A stretch of 64,000 nucleotides of DNA from Antedon mediterranea (lineage: Eukaryota; Animalia; Echinodermata): contig NC_092676.1 of assembly GCF_964355755.1 (NCBI RefSeq), positions 26,368,871 to 26,432,870 on the forward strand. Reading direction: 5' to 3'. The position numbers and the translations under genes are program-made. Shown one piece after another: positions 11,664 through 23,222 of this stretch; positions within the stretch are counted from its first letter, which is position 1; each line of letters begins with the position of its first letter. Under the pieces are notes generated by a model that ran no database searches, was not told the DNA's origin, and saw nothing but the letters and a program-made list of their open reading frames with translations.

Positions 11664-14600
11664 ATGGCTGCCCACAGTAGCAGCGCTGTTCTTCCCAAGG
11701 CTCCAAATCTTGACAAACTTTTTGAGGTTGACAGTTATTTAAGACCATTTCAAAAAGAAATTCTTCGCCGGTGAAGTATTAATCTATTATTTATTGCTAA
11801 TTTAACCTATGATTATGAATCTCTATTATATGACAGCCGCCTAGCCTTCTAGCTAGGCCTACTAGCTAGGCTAGTTGGGGAACAGACGATCGGGACCACG
11901 GACGATCGGGCCCAGAAAACGTGGTCCCGATCGTCTTCAGCGTTGGGCCCGATCGTCATACCAGTTGGGCCCGATCGTCCAGTGTTTTCAGAACCACGTT
12001 GGGCCCGATCGTCTTACCAGTTGGTCCCGATCGTCTTAGCGTTGGGCCCAATAGTCTTTTGTGTTATATAAAATTATCATTTTTCATTCCTAGTGCTCAG
12101 TGTCAACGTGCTTTTCTTGCATACTTAAGATTTTAATTTAAAAGTTATAAATTATATTTTTTCTGATTTTATCATAATTTTCCCCTATTTTCCCACAACT
12201 TGTTTTAAGAATTTCTTACCAATACTCTCGATTTATGAATAAATGTGATTGATTTTGATTGTTATTATTGTGTTGTTTGTATCTCGTTTTTTATTTTCCC
12301 CGAGAATGTTTTGGGCCCGATCGTCTGGGCCCGATCGTCCGTGGTCCCGATCGTCTGATAACCGGCTAGTTAGTTTGGTTATCAGACGATCGGGCCCACT
12401 TTAAGACAATCGGGCCCAAATCGTGAGACGATCGGGCCCATCAAGGTGAAAGACGATCACTGAACCAGAGACGATCGGACCCAGACGATCGGGCCCAATG
12501 AATAAGATGATCCGGCCCAAAACATTCTCGGAAAATTTTTAAAAATAATTATTTGATTTAAAGTAAGAAAAATATGAAACTAGATTTGAACTCGTTACGT
12601 TCACCCAATGCATCGTAACATGCACATGTTATTTATTTATTTATTATGCTTAGTTAGTCTACAATAGGCTGCACTACAACGATTGTAACGAACAGCTGGA
12701 ATAGATCAAAATCGTTCAATAAGTGTTAACAGTTGACGGTGTTAGCATTGTAAACGGTTTAGTTGACGGTTATTTTTTATTTTACACCACTCACGTTTAT
12801 TCAATTGTTTGAAAATGATGACCTTTTCAAATTAAAAAAAAAGTTCATATTCATAAGTCTAAAGAGGAATTGTTTTAGTAATAGAAGATTGAAAATTGGA
12901 AGAAAGTTGATAACGTTTATGCGGTATGCGCTCTATTAATTGTGACAAACTGTGTCGAAAGAGATAAAAATCCAATTTTTAAAATTTAGATGGCCATATG
13001 ATGACGTTATAACTTATTTATGATCTAAATTTCACATGAATTCATATCTACAACTCATTTCGCTTTATAATAAGTTAAAAAAATAGGGGGTCACCAGCCA
13101 TCCTAATACGATTGGGACCAACTGGTAAGACGATGGGACCCAACGTGGTATTTAAAATACTGGACGATCGGGACCAACTGGTAAGACGATCGAGACCAAC
13201 TGGTAAGACGATCGGGCCCAACACATAAGACGATCAGGATTGCAAAATGTGGGCCCGATTGAGGTATGTCCGTGGTCCCGATCAACTGTTCCCCGTTAGT
13301 TTATGTGAGACCATAGAGATATTATGTTCATAATATCTCTATGGTGAGACGATGTTACTGTTGGTTATGTAGTTTTGTAACACTACTAGGCCCTATGCTT
13401 TAATTAAATTAATGGAGAAGGTGTGTGGGTATGGGCCTCCGCCTTTTTATTACAGTCTAGTATGTTGGCCCTTTCTGATTAGAGTTTAGAATTTATGTCA
13501 TGATAATAGTAATATTATTATAGATATGGTTGTTTCAAAAAGTTGCTAGAAGATATTGAACGAGATCAAGGTGGCTTAGATGAATTCTCAAGAAGTTACG
13601 ACCATTTTGGATTACATGTGACAGACGATGGAGGTATCGTATGCAGAGAGTGGGTACCAGCTGCAGAGGCAGTGTACCTAAAGGGAGAATACAGTAAGTG
13701 CAATTATTGTTGCTGGTAAAAAGTTTTTATTTTGGTCAAAAACCTACTATAGATCTTTTTTGAGAATCAAACTCACCTCTTTATTCTGGACTTTACCTTT
13801 CTTTTTATATAGATAACTGGGAGCTTTCACCGGAATTCAAAAATGTTGGATTTGGAAAGTGGGAGCTTGTGATTCCTCCTGGAGAAAATGGTGTTCCTAT
13901 ACCTCACAATAGTGCTTATAAGGTAATATACAGTCAATATTGCAGATATATGAGTGGGCTCTACAGAATGGGGATGCCCTAAGATCCAGGGATGCCCTAA
14001 GATCCAGGGATGCACTAGAATCCAGGGATGCCTTAGAAATCCAGGGATGCCCTAAAATCCAGGGATGCACTGGAATCCAGAGATGCACTAGAATCCAGGG
14101 ATGCCTTAGAAATCCAGGGATGCCCTAAAATCCAGGGATGCACTAGAATCCAGGGATGTCCTATAATCCATTCACTTATTATTTTACTTGAAGTTTCAGC
14201 TTAATTTTTATCTCTCCCTACCCACAGTTCTTTTCGATTCACTTGAGCTTACTAATGTATTTTTTTTAGCTTGTAATCAAATTAAAAGATGGCCAGTACA
14301 TAGATAGGATATGTCCTTGGGCCAAGTATGTTGTGCAGAATAAAGAAAACAATCTTTTTGAACCATATTTTTGGAATCCAGAGGCAAGTAAGCGGTACCA
14401 AATGCAGCACAAAAAACCAAAGACACCATCCAGCTTAAGAATTTACGAAGCCCACGTTGGAATATCATCTTGGGAAGGAAAAGTATCAAGTTATGAGCAT
14501 TTCACGCACAACGTTCTTCCACGCATAAAGAAGCAAGGTAATGAAATGAATATTAAAATAAAGCTCTGTCTACACTACACTACACATCAAAATTTGTGAC

Positions 14601-17600
14601 ACACTTTTTTTGTCAAACTAGTTTGATAGTGTAGACAGAGCTTAAGCCTGTTTTTATGGGTTTTATGTCATATCATATAAAAAATGTATAGATTGCAATC
14701 ATGAATATTGCATTTTTCAAAATAGATTTGATGGAAAACTTGATCTTTGGGGGAGGGGGGGCGGACTTGCTTTTACAGGATATTCATCTCCTGAAGGTTA
14801 AAGATCTAAATTTTTTTTTCGTTTGTATTTTCTACATTTTGGCAACAAGAAGGTGTTCACACTCTTCTTTCTTTCAGGGTATAACTGTGTTCAATTGATG
14901 GCAGTCATGGAGCATGCTTACTATGCTAGCTTTGGCTATCAAGTCACCAGCTTTTTTGCACCATCAAGGTAAGTCATAGCTCCAAAGTCAATTCCACCCA
15001 AGAGGTAAACTCTCTCTACACTATCAAACTAGTTTGACAAAAAAGTGTGATGTGCCCAAATATGCTAGTGATATGCACAAATACAGTATAGTAGTGATAT
15101 GACATCATCGTGTCCATATATGGACTCATCACATTCTTTTTGTCACATGTTTGATAGTGTAGACAAGGCTTTATACAATTTACAAAACCTGGAACAATAT
15201 TTATTGCATTGTCAGGGAATATTTTCCATGACTGAAAAAGCCCTTGTCCAAAAAATACTAATCCACAGTTGAATGAGAAGGAATCTATACATTTAAATTT
15301 CTTCTTCTTTATGTTTACAGTCGATGTGGAAGTCCTGAAGACTTAAAGAAGCTGATTGATACAGCTCACCATCTTGGACTGGTTGTTTTCCTCGATGTCG
15401 TCCACAGTCACTCTGCTAAAAATGTGCTGGATGGTTTGAATCAGTTTGATGGCACAGATTCTTGCTTCTTCCATTCTGGTCATAGAGGTGTTCATGAATT
15501 ATGGGACAGTAGACTTTTCGACTATAAGAAGTAAGTACTATTGTATAAAAATTGTGTTTAATGTATTATGCAATCCGAGAAACTTCTGGTTGATGGCCGA
15601 AGTTGTATTTTGAATTTTGTATGACGGAAATAACAAATATTTTCTTTTAGTTGGGAAGTATTGCGGTTTTTATTATCAAACTTACGTTGGTGGATGGAGG
15701 AGTTCAAATTTGATGGTTATAGATTTGATGGTGTAACTTCAATGCTTTACCACCATCATGGTATAGGTAAGACTTTAACATTTAGCATTAATATTATTAT
15801 TTTAAACTTAACATGCTGGCCTTCAAATCAATTCAATTCATCAATCATTTATTTCATCAAAGGCCATACAAATAATACAGAGCATAAAATGAGGACCAAC
15901 CTAAAAGTAAACTTGTCTCAGTTGGCCCTTTAACATGGTTACAAAAAATAATAAGAAGAAGTGGCAGATCTTTTTTTCTTGCATACATGCACCCTCCTTT
16001 TGTGAAAGTAATTTTTGTGGATTGCATTGTGAGACATTTTTTTATCTGCAGCTTTACCTACAGGTTATAATTGTCAAATTACAACTTGTGATTATATTCT
16101 GTAATATATTATGTGTCTTTTTTCTTGTAGCATCCAGCTTTGGTGGTGGATATGAGGAATACTTTGGCCTTGGTACTGACACAGAGGCACTAGTCTACCT
16201 AATCTTAGCCAATCACATGCTGCATACGTTCTACCCAGAATGCATCACTATTGCAGAGGTGAGTTTTTCATGTTATGTTCACCTATCATGTGAAATTATA
16301 AGTTACTTTGTTTGTGGTAAAGAGGTGCTCTGCTATGTCTATGTGAACATGCCCACAAAATACATCTGTTTATCATATTAGTTATTTATTAAGTTATTTA
16401 TGATGTTAAATTTAAGTTTTCTAAATTTTAGGATGTTTCAGGAATGCCAGCCTTGTGTCGACCTGTGCTAGAGGGCGGTAATGGGTTTGATTATCGTTTA
16501 GCCATGAGTATACCAGACCAGTGGATAAAGGTACAGCAGAAATAATTACTTTAAGAATACCACATTTTTAAAAGATTTGCTACAAACAACAACCAAAGTG
16601 CTATTAGTAGTATTAAAAGTTGACACTACTAAGTTTTTATGATACTATGTTTCGTTATTAAGCTTCTGAAAGAAGTAAAAGATGAAGATTGGAATGTTGG
16701 AAACATTGTCTGGACCCTAATTAATCGCAGACACGGTGAGAAAAGTATTGCTTACGCTGAGAGCCATGATCAGGCTTTAGTAGGTGACAAGACTCTAGCC
16801 TTTTGGCTTATGGATAAAGAAATGTACACAAATATGTCAAAGATGTCTGAGTTGACCCATGTCATCGATCGTGGGATGGCGCTTCACAAGATAGTAAGAT
16901 TACTTACACATGCACTTGGAGGAGAAGGATGGCTTAATTTTATAGGTAAAAACGGTTTTATTTTGTTAGTTAAATGTTTCTTTTTTTCCCATTATGTTTT
17001 CTTGTATATTATTACATATTATCTCTAGAATGGGGAGAGATTATGTGGTCAATCAGGTGTGTTTGTGTGTGTGTGTTTCTATATTTGTTAGTTGGCAGGA
17101 TTAATACTCTAAAAGTTATTTCCCGATTTTCATAAGATTTTAAAGGATGGTTTTATACTGTAGTTGTATGTGTATACATCATTTAATTTTCATATGCCTA
17201 TGCGGAGGTTTGCGCTCTCGGAGTGCCCTTCTAGTTTTTATTTTGTAAAGCGACTTAAAACTACAAAAAATGCTCTTTTTGTGTAAGGTCCATACTGCTT
17301 TTTGGCTAAATAAATGTGAACTTTAATTGAATATTATGCTCTACAATATTTTTAATAAAAGACTTAAAATAATCACATTTAGGTAACGAGTTCGGACATC
17401 CAGAGTGGTTAGACTTCCCAAGACCAGGCAACGGCAACAGCTTCCACTATGCCAGACGTCAGTGGAATGTGGTTGATGATTCTAATCTTCGGTATGGGTA
17501 CTTAAACGAGTTTGATGCCGCTATGAATAAATTAGAAGAGCAATTCCATTGGTTGAACAGTCCACAGGTAGTAAATTTATTCAATCAATAATAAATATAC

Positions 17601-18857
17601 TTCCATTTAGGAGCAAACTTCATAGTTGAAGGTTACTGCTCCACTGGCTATAGCTGCATACATTGTGTGGTGCATATTAAACATCGGAAAAATACTTAAT
17701 TCTTTCTTATTTAGTTGAGTGATTCTCTTTTTCAGGCTTACATAAGCTGCAAGCATGAGGATGACAAGATAATAGGCTTTGAGAGAGCGAATCTTCTTTT
17801 TATCTTTAATTTTCACCCTAATAAAAGTTTTGCAGATTATCGGATTGGTGTGCACAAACCTGGAAAGTATCCTTTACTGAAAATTAGAGTTTGTCTGATA
17901 TTTATCTATTTATTATTAAGTTGTTTACCAACACTATCAGACACAACTACAATATAACATTTTCTTGTTAACACCTAGGAAACATACAAGAGACAATACA
18001 TATTATTAAGAGGATACCCCCATTCAGAAGACACCCCTTATTCAGAGAACCCCCCCCCCCCCCCCCCCCCCACCCATTCAGAGGACACCCCCATTCAGTG
18101 GACACCCCAATTCAGTGGACACCCCCATTCAGAGGACATCCCCATTCAGTGGACACCCCCCCCCCCCCCACACCATTCAGAAGACCCCTCCCCATTTACA
18201 GGACACCCCTATTAATAAGAACTTGCAAACATACAAGGGGAAATACATTATTAAGAGGACACCTCCTTATATGGGGAACTTTGTTGGATTCCAAAGGTGT
18301 CCCCTTAATAGTGTTCTATTGTATACCCACAGTTTAGTTTAATTGTATTAAGTTGTTACTTAACAATGTGTTCCAGATACAAGATAGTACTTGACTCAGA
18401 TTCTGCTGCATTTGGTGGTCATGGCCTTATCAATCATTCTACGGATTTCTTTACTCAAGACTTCAAATGGCATGATTGTCCACATTCCATTCAGGTAGTG
18501 GGCACTGTAGCCTGGTGATTCTTTTTATATTCCCAATTTCCTGGTTCTTGTCAGTGGTGGATCCAGGATTTTGAAATAGGGTGGGAGGTGCGACTCAGGG
18601 CCTAAAAGGAGTCAAATGAAGTGCTGAACTTTTTGATGTCCTATCTTTTGCATTACAATTTGTGACATTTTTAATTCGCCCCTGCTTGAAACAAAAATTT
18701 GGGCTTTTTTGGGTTTTCCAAAAACAATTTTTTTTAATGAACAGTGGCGTAATTCATTCATTCATTTTTATCTTGTTAATAAATACTATTTTTTTTTTTA
18801 TTGTAGGTGTATGTTCCGTGCCGTGTTGCCTTAATTCTAGCCCAAGAAGAGCAGTGA
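11664..18857 (+). CDS. GBE1: 1,4-alpha-glucan (glycogen) branching enzyme, about 14 exons (approx. 11664-11770, 13524-13693, 13813-13922, 14270-14537, 14879-14968, 15321-15530, 15651-15766, 16131-16258, 16433-16530, 16663-16946, 17383-17567, 17737-17866, 18377-18494, 18807-18857)
   Basis: GH13 branching-enzyme motifs: [90 protein letters not shown]. Confidence 0.97.
11877..12363. mobile_element. Non-autonomous DNA transposon with GG termini and 8-bp TSD (Mutator/Merlin-like), copy A
   Basis: Ends GGGGAACAGACGATCGGG and CCCGATCGTCTGATAACC; subterminal GGGCCCGATCGTC arrays; TSD GGCTAGTT at 11869-11876 and 12364-12371. Confidence 0.85.
12377..13294. mobile_element. Related element, copy B, inverted relative to copy A
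   Basis: Ends GGTTATCAGACGATCGGG and CCCGATCAACTGTTCCCC; TSD GTTAGTTT at 12369-12376 and 13295-13302. Confidence 0.85.
13312..13343. mobile_element. P-element-type excision footprint (32 bp)
   Basis: CATAGAGATATTATG-TT-CATAATATCTCTATG (perfect 15-bp arms) between direct repeats GTGAGAC at 13305-13311 and 13344-13350. Confidence 0.8.
13970..14170. repeat. 18-19 bp minisatellite in a GBE1 intron
   Basis: About 11 copies of AATCCAGGGATGC(A/C)CTA(G/A) variants. Confidence 0.9.
17015..17237 (+). mobile_element. Degenerate non-autonomous Helentron/HINE-like element
   Basis: 5' GAGATTATGT followed by a (GT)n/GTTT tract; 3' end GCGGAGGTTTGCGCTCTCGGAGTGCCCTTCTAGTT with a hairpin and CTAGT, typical of this class. 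Confidence 0.6.
17867..18376 (+). other. U12-type (minor spliceosome) GT-AG intron of GBE1
   Basis: 5' site GTATCCTTT; branch site TTACTTAAC about 13 nt before the AG at 18375-18376; reading frame joins PGK|YKIVLDSD. Confidence 0.9.
18005..18324. repeat. Tc1/mariner-derived MITE remnant with tandem CCCATTCAGAGGACAC units and poly-C tracts
   Basis: 17-18 bp tandem units; terminal GTGTCCCCTTAATAGTGTTCTATTGTA, shared with a copy at 29480-29718 and fragments near 32570, 47365 and 51765. Confidence 0.6.
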
Positions 18858-19651
18858 GAAAAAAAACAAAACACAGACAAAATAAATAAAATTAGATTAT
18901 TATAAATAGAAGATTTTTCATTTTGCATCATGAAATATAGATTGAGCATTTTATCTACACCTTTAGTATTACAGTAGTATAACTTATTTCAATATTTTTC
19001 TTTTCAATGCTCAACTGCATTGTTGAATAAAAGATTGGTACTGGTAGGCCTACTGTTTCAAATGTGCATATTCATAATTATGAATATTATAATTAGGTTT
19101 ATTAAATGTTACCTACAATTGATGAAAAAATAACAAAATTGCAATATGGTATAAACAGCCAATTCATAAATCTCAGAATGAACACATCATATTATGTGCT
19201 ATATTTTATTTCTAGAGAAGAATTTTAACTTGTGTAAATAAAATATAAATATATAATCCATTGGCAGTAGTTGTGCAATTTTTCGTGGCCTTAAAATAAA
19301 ATAATAATAAAATCTTCATAATGTTAATTAATCTCACAACCACCCCACCACTTTACTTCGTTTTTTCATGCACATGCTAAAAAATAACCATCTACGCGCA
19401 TGGCCAGTCCCCATACCGTACCACGTGGTTGGTTGATATCATCAAAGAATATATATCACAAGAATGAGTAATCCGCGATTTTCCCTGTAACAGTAATATT
19501 GTCCATGTGGTAGGGCGCCGCCATAAGTGTGGATGTATCTGGGATGTATACAACTTTTTGTGAAGGTTTCACTAATCAAAAGCTGGACCACCGGAGTATT
19601 TTCCGATGATAAAAATTTTATCAACTACATGCCAACATCATGTTAAATACT

Positions 19652-20832
19652 GTTAAGACAGTGGAACCGTAATCACGTAGCCATAACATCGGCAGGGGTT
19701 CGAGGCTCACGCACTCCATGGTTCTGGTGGTAGAACGAGTCTTCTCGGATAAGGACTATAAACCGTAGGTCCAGTGTACATGTTATGCGCGATCTGAACG
19801 ATTTGCACAATTTGAAATTGCGCAAAAAAATCCTTGCGCAATTTGAATTGAAACATGTGTTTCAAATTGCGCAAGCAACGTATTAAATTGCGCAAGTAAT
19901 CTGCAAATTGCGCAAGGTTTTTCGACAGATTGTGAAATCATGCACACCCATATTTTTATAGTAATTTCTAAGAATGATTCAAAATTAAAGATAAATATCG
20001 CATTTCCTTATTTTAGTAGTGCAAATATTGTTATAAGTTAGCATACCGTCGAAGAACCGACGAAGGAAAACGAAGCGGTGGTGTTCCACCAGGCGGGCGC
20101 GGCGCGGGCGGCCGGCTATACTACTCTAGCCTAGCTAGGGTCTGGACTATAGTACTGACTAGGTTACATGGCCTAGCTTAAACTAATATTAAAAACTTAA
20201 TTTTTACATTTATTTTGATTTATTTCAAGTTACAGTGATAATATTATTTAATTGTAATAATAAATGTTATGTATTTATTATACACATGTTATCTTCGCAT
20301 TTATTATGTTTTATTTTGAGTTATTTAGTTTCCAATAAATTATTATAATACCGATTGTCTGGTAGAATTTTGTTGCGCAATTTGAAAATTTACAGTTCGT
20401 TTTCAAATTGCGCAAAGGTGTCATATTGCGCAAGAACTATCTTGCGCAATTTACAAATTGTGCAGCGCAATTTAAAATTGCGCAAAGATTTTCTTGCGCA
20501 ATTTGAAATTGCGCAAGTTGATTGCGCAATTTGAAATTGCGCAAAAAAATCCTTGCGCAATTTTGAATTGCGCAAGAATTCTTTGCGCAATTTCAAATTG
20601 CGCAAGGATTTTTTTGCGCAATTTCAAATTGCGCAAATCGTTCAAATCGCGCATAACATACACAACTTGCTCGTGTGCACTTTAAAGAACCTAGTACATC
20701 TTTCGAGACGAGTAGGGGGGTACCCCGGTGTAGTAGTACATCACAGCCACTGATCACCAACTGGGCCCTCTGGGAGATCAGACGTCTTTGACTGAAGAGG
20801 TCACCCAGTATAAAGATAAAACAAACAAACAA
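19652..20832 (+). mobile_element. 5'-truncated Deu/Nin-domain tRNA-SINE nested in the P-type MITE and itself split by a Ginger-type element
   Basis: Matches the SINE at 31581-31893 on both sides of 19781-20658; absent from the sister MITE copy; ACAA-repeat tail. Confidence 0.88.
19781..20658. mobile_element. Ginger-like non-autonomous DNA transposon carrying about 20 TTGCGCAA palindromes
   Basis: TGT...ACA termini, about 60-bp TIR starting TGTTATGCGCGAT, 4-bp TSD TACA at 19777-19780 and 20659-20662. Confidence 0.8.
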
Positions 20833-21472
20833 ATTTGGATATTTAATTGTTCGTTTTATGCAATTTATTTAGTAAAAACTGCCGTATAAACAGTTTGCTT
20901 TATCAACCGGGCGCTACGATAGCGTGACCGGGCGTGTTGGTGTACGTTTACGCGTTTTCACGAAGGATAGTTTAATAGTATTCCTATATTTAACTTGTTT
21001 CTGGTAAAACAAATAAATGTTAATGACATTTAATATTTTCTCCTATTAATAACATGTGTTTTATACTAATTTATATCATAAAAACAATACTTAATTTACC
21101 GGGCGTAGAGTAGTACACGGCAATGGTAAAGAATAGGCCGTGCTGAGTAATATTCGTTGATTTTTAGTGTTGCTGTGTTAGGCCTTTTTTGTGAACTAAC
21201 TTAGCATGTTAGTAAATAATTGTCTGTAAAAGTGAATAAACACTAGTTTGTTAATAAATATGTATTATAAAATAGTTTACAATTGCAAAAACTATCATCA
21301 TAATTCTATTTAATGTGACATGTATCATGTCTATTAAATCAAGTCTTATTTAGTATGTATACATCCGCCCTTATGAGGGCGGGCATCACTCACTGGAGCT
21401 CTCTGTTACAAATTTCTCATGCAAAAATCGCGGAATACTCATTCTTGTGATATATATTCTTTGATATATCAT

Positions 21473-22309
21473 CAAAGAATATATATCACAAGAATGAGTA
21501 TTCCGCGATTTTTGCATGAGAAATTTGTAACAGAGAGCTCCAGAGAGTGATGCCCGCCCTCATAAGGGCGGATGTATACATACTAAATAAGACTTGATTT
21601 AATAGACATGATACATGTCGCATTAAATAGAATTATGATGATAGTTTTTGCAATTGTAAACTATTTTATAATACATATTTATTAACAAACTAGTGTACAT
21701 TCACTTTTACAGACAATTATTCACTAACATGCTAAGTTAGTTCACAAAAAAGGCCTAACACAGCAATACCAAAAATCAATGAATCGTTACTCAGCACGGC
21801 CTATTCTTTACCATTGCCGTGTACTACTCTACGCCCGGTAAATTAAGTATTGTTTTTATGATATAAATTAGTATAAAATACATGTTATTAATAGGACAAA
21901 ATGTTAAATGTTATTAACATTTATTTGTTTTACCAGAAACAAGTTAAATATAGGAATATTATTAAACAATCCTTCGTGAAAACGCGTAAACACCAACACG
22001 ACCGGTCACGCTATCGTAGCGCCCGGTTGATAAAGCAAACTGTTTATACGGCAGTTTTTACTAAATAAATTGCATAAAACGAACAATTAAATATCCAAAT
22101 AGTATTTAACATGATGTTGGCATGTAGTTGATAACATTTTTTATCATGAAAATACTACCGGTGGTCTAGCCTTTGATTATTGAAACCGTCACAAAAAGTT
22201 GTATACATCCCAGATACATCCACACTTATGGCGGCGCCCTACCACATGGACAATATTACTGTTACAGGGAAAATCGCGGAATACTCATTCTTGTGATATA
22301 TATTCTTTG
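21473..22309. mobile_element. P-type MITE, right copy (about 840 bp, uninterrupted), inverted relative to the left copy
   Basis: Same TIR; flanked by ATATCAT on both sides (7-bp TSD); near-identical reverse complement of the left copy. Confidence 0.88.
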
Positions 22310-22948
22310 ATATCATGCAGAAAGTTTTGTTGATTGAAATTCGCGGTGCCTTTTTTATTTTTCAAACGTGCGGCATAAGACGTGGCTATAAAAACAACCT
22401 GTAAAGAATTAACCAGGAATGAAAAGAAGAAGGTAATTTATGAGCAAGAAAGTAAATTAAGTACACCTACTATAAAGTTTAGTATAATTCATTACGTTAG
22501 GCCTAGATCTAGCCTAGGGCTGGCTAGGCCTAGAGGCTAGGCTCAATCAAAATCCAGACAGGCCAGGCCTAGATACTGATAGTAGCCTAGCTAGACTGGC
22601 CTAGTCTAAGGCCTAGACTTTTTAATAAAGGTAGGCTAGGCCTAGTAGTAAGATGCCTAGGTAACATTCCTATCTCGGACTAATCATGATGTGTGGTGGC
22701 TAATCGGCTATTTATCAGTATTTGAACGACCCATCTAGACTAAACTAGTACAGTAGTAGGTCCCTATGGCATAGTAGTGCCTAGCCTAGTTTAAGTTAGT
22801 AGTACAATTAATAAATTAAATAGAAATCTTATGGTATTTTAGTTTTTTAACTGATTTGATTGAATTTTTACTCAAAATCATCAGTCCTAAAATCCACCCA
22901 AGGTACAGCATGGAAATAAGTGCCCGAAGTCCGCCGCGGATTATGTGA

Positions 22949-23222
22949 CTGTGAGTGGCCGAGCGGTTAAGACATTGGAACCGTAATTACGTAGCCATAA
23001 CATCGGCAGGGGTTCGAGACTCACTCACTCCATGGTTCTGGTGGTAGAACGTGTCTTCTCGGATAAGGACTATAAACCGTAGGTCCAGTGTACACAACTA
23101 GCCCGTGTGCACTTTAAAGAACCTAGTACATCTTTCGAGACGAGTAGGGGGTTACCCCGGTGTATTACTATTAGTACATCACAGCCACTGATCACCAACT
23201 GGGCCCTCTGGGAGACCAGTAT
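22949..23222 (+). mobile_element. Deu/Nin-domain tRNA-derived SINE
   Basis: A box TGGCCGAGCGG, B box GGTTCGAGAC, central TCGGATAAGGACTATAAACCGTAGGTCC...AAAGAACC...GAGTAGGGGGTTACCCCGGTG. Confidence 0.85.

Larger units (their letters stand above)
19443..21463. mobile_element. P-type MITE, left copy, interrupted by nested insertions
   Basis: About 40-bp TIR CAAAGAATATATATCACAAGAATGAGTA(A/T)TCCGCGATTTT; left flank ATATCAT. Confidence 0.85.

Noticed and set aside
11877-13294. GGGCCCGATCGTC arrays resembling CRISPR repeats
   Set aside because: Eukaryotic intron, irregular short spacers, no cas genes; explained as subterminal repeats of TSD-flanked transposons.
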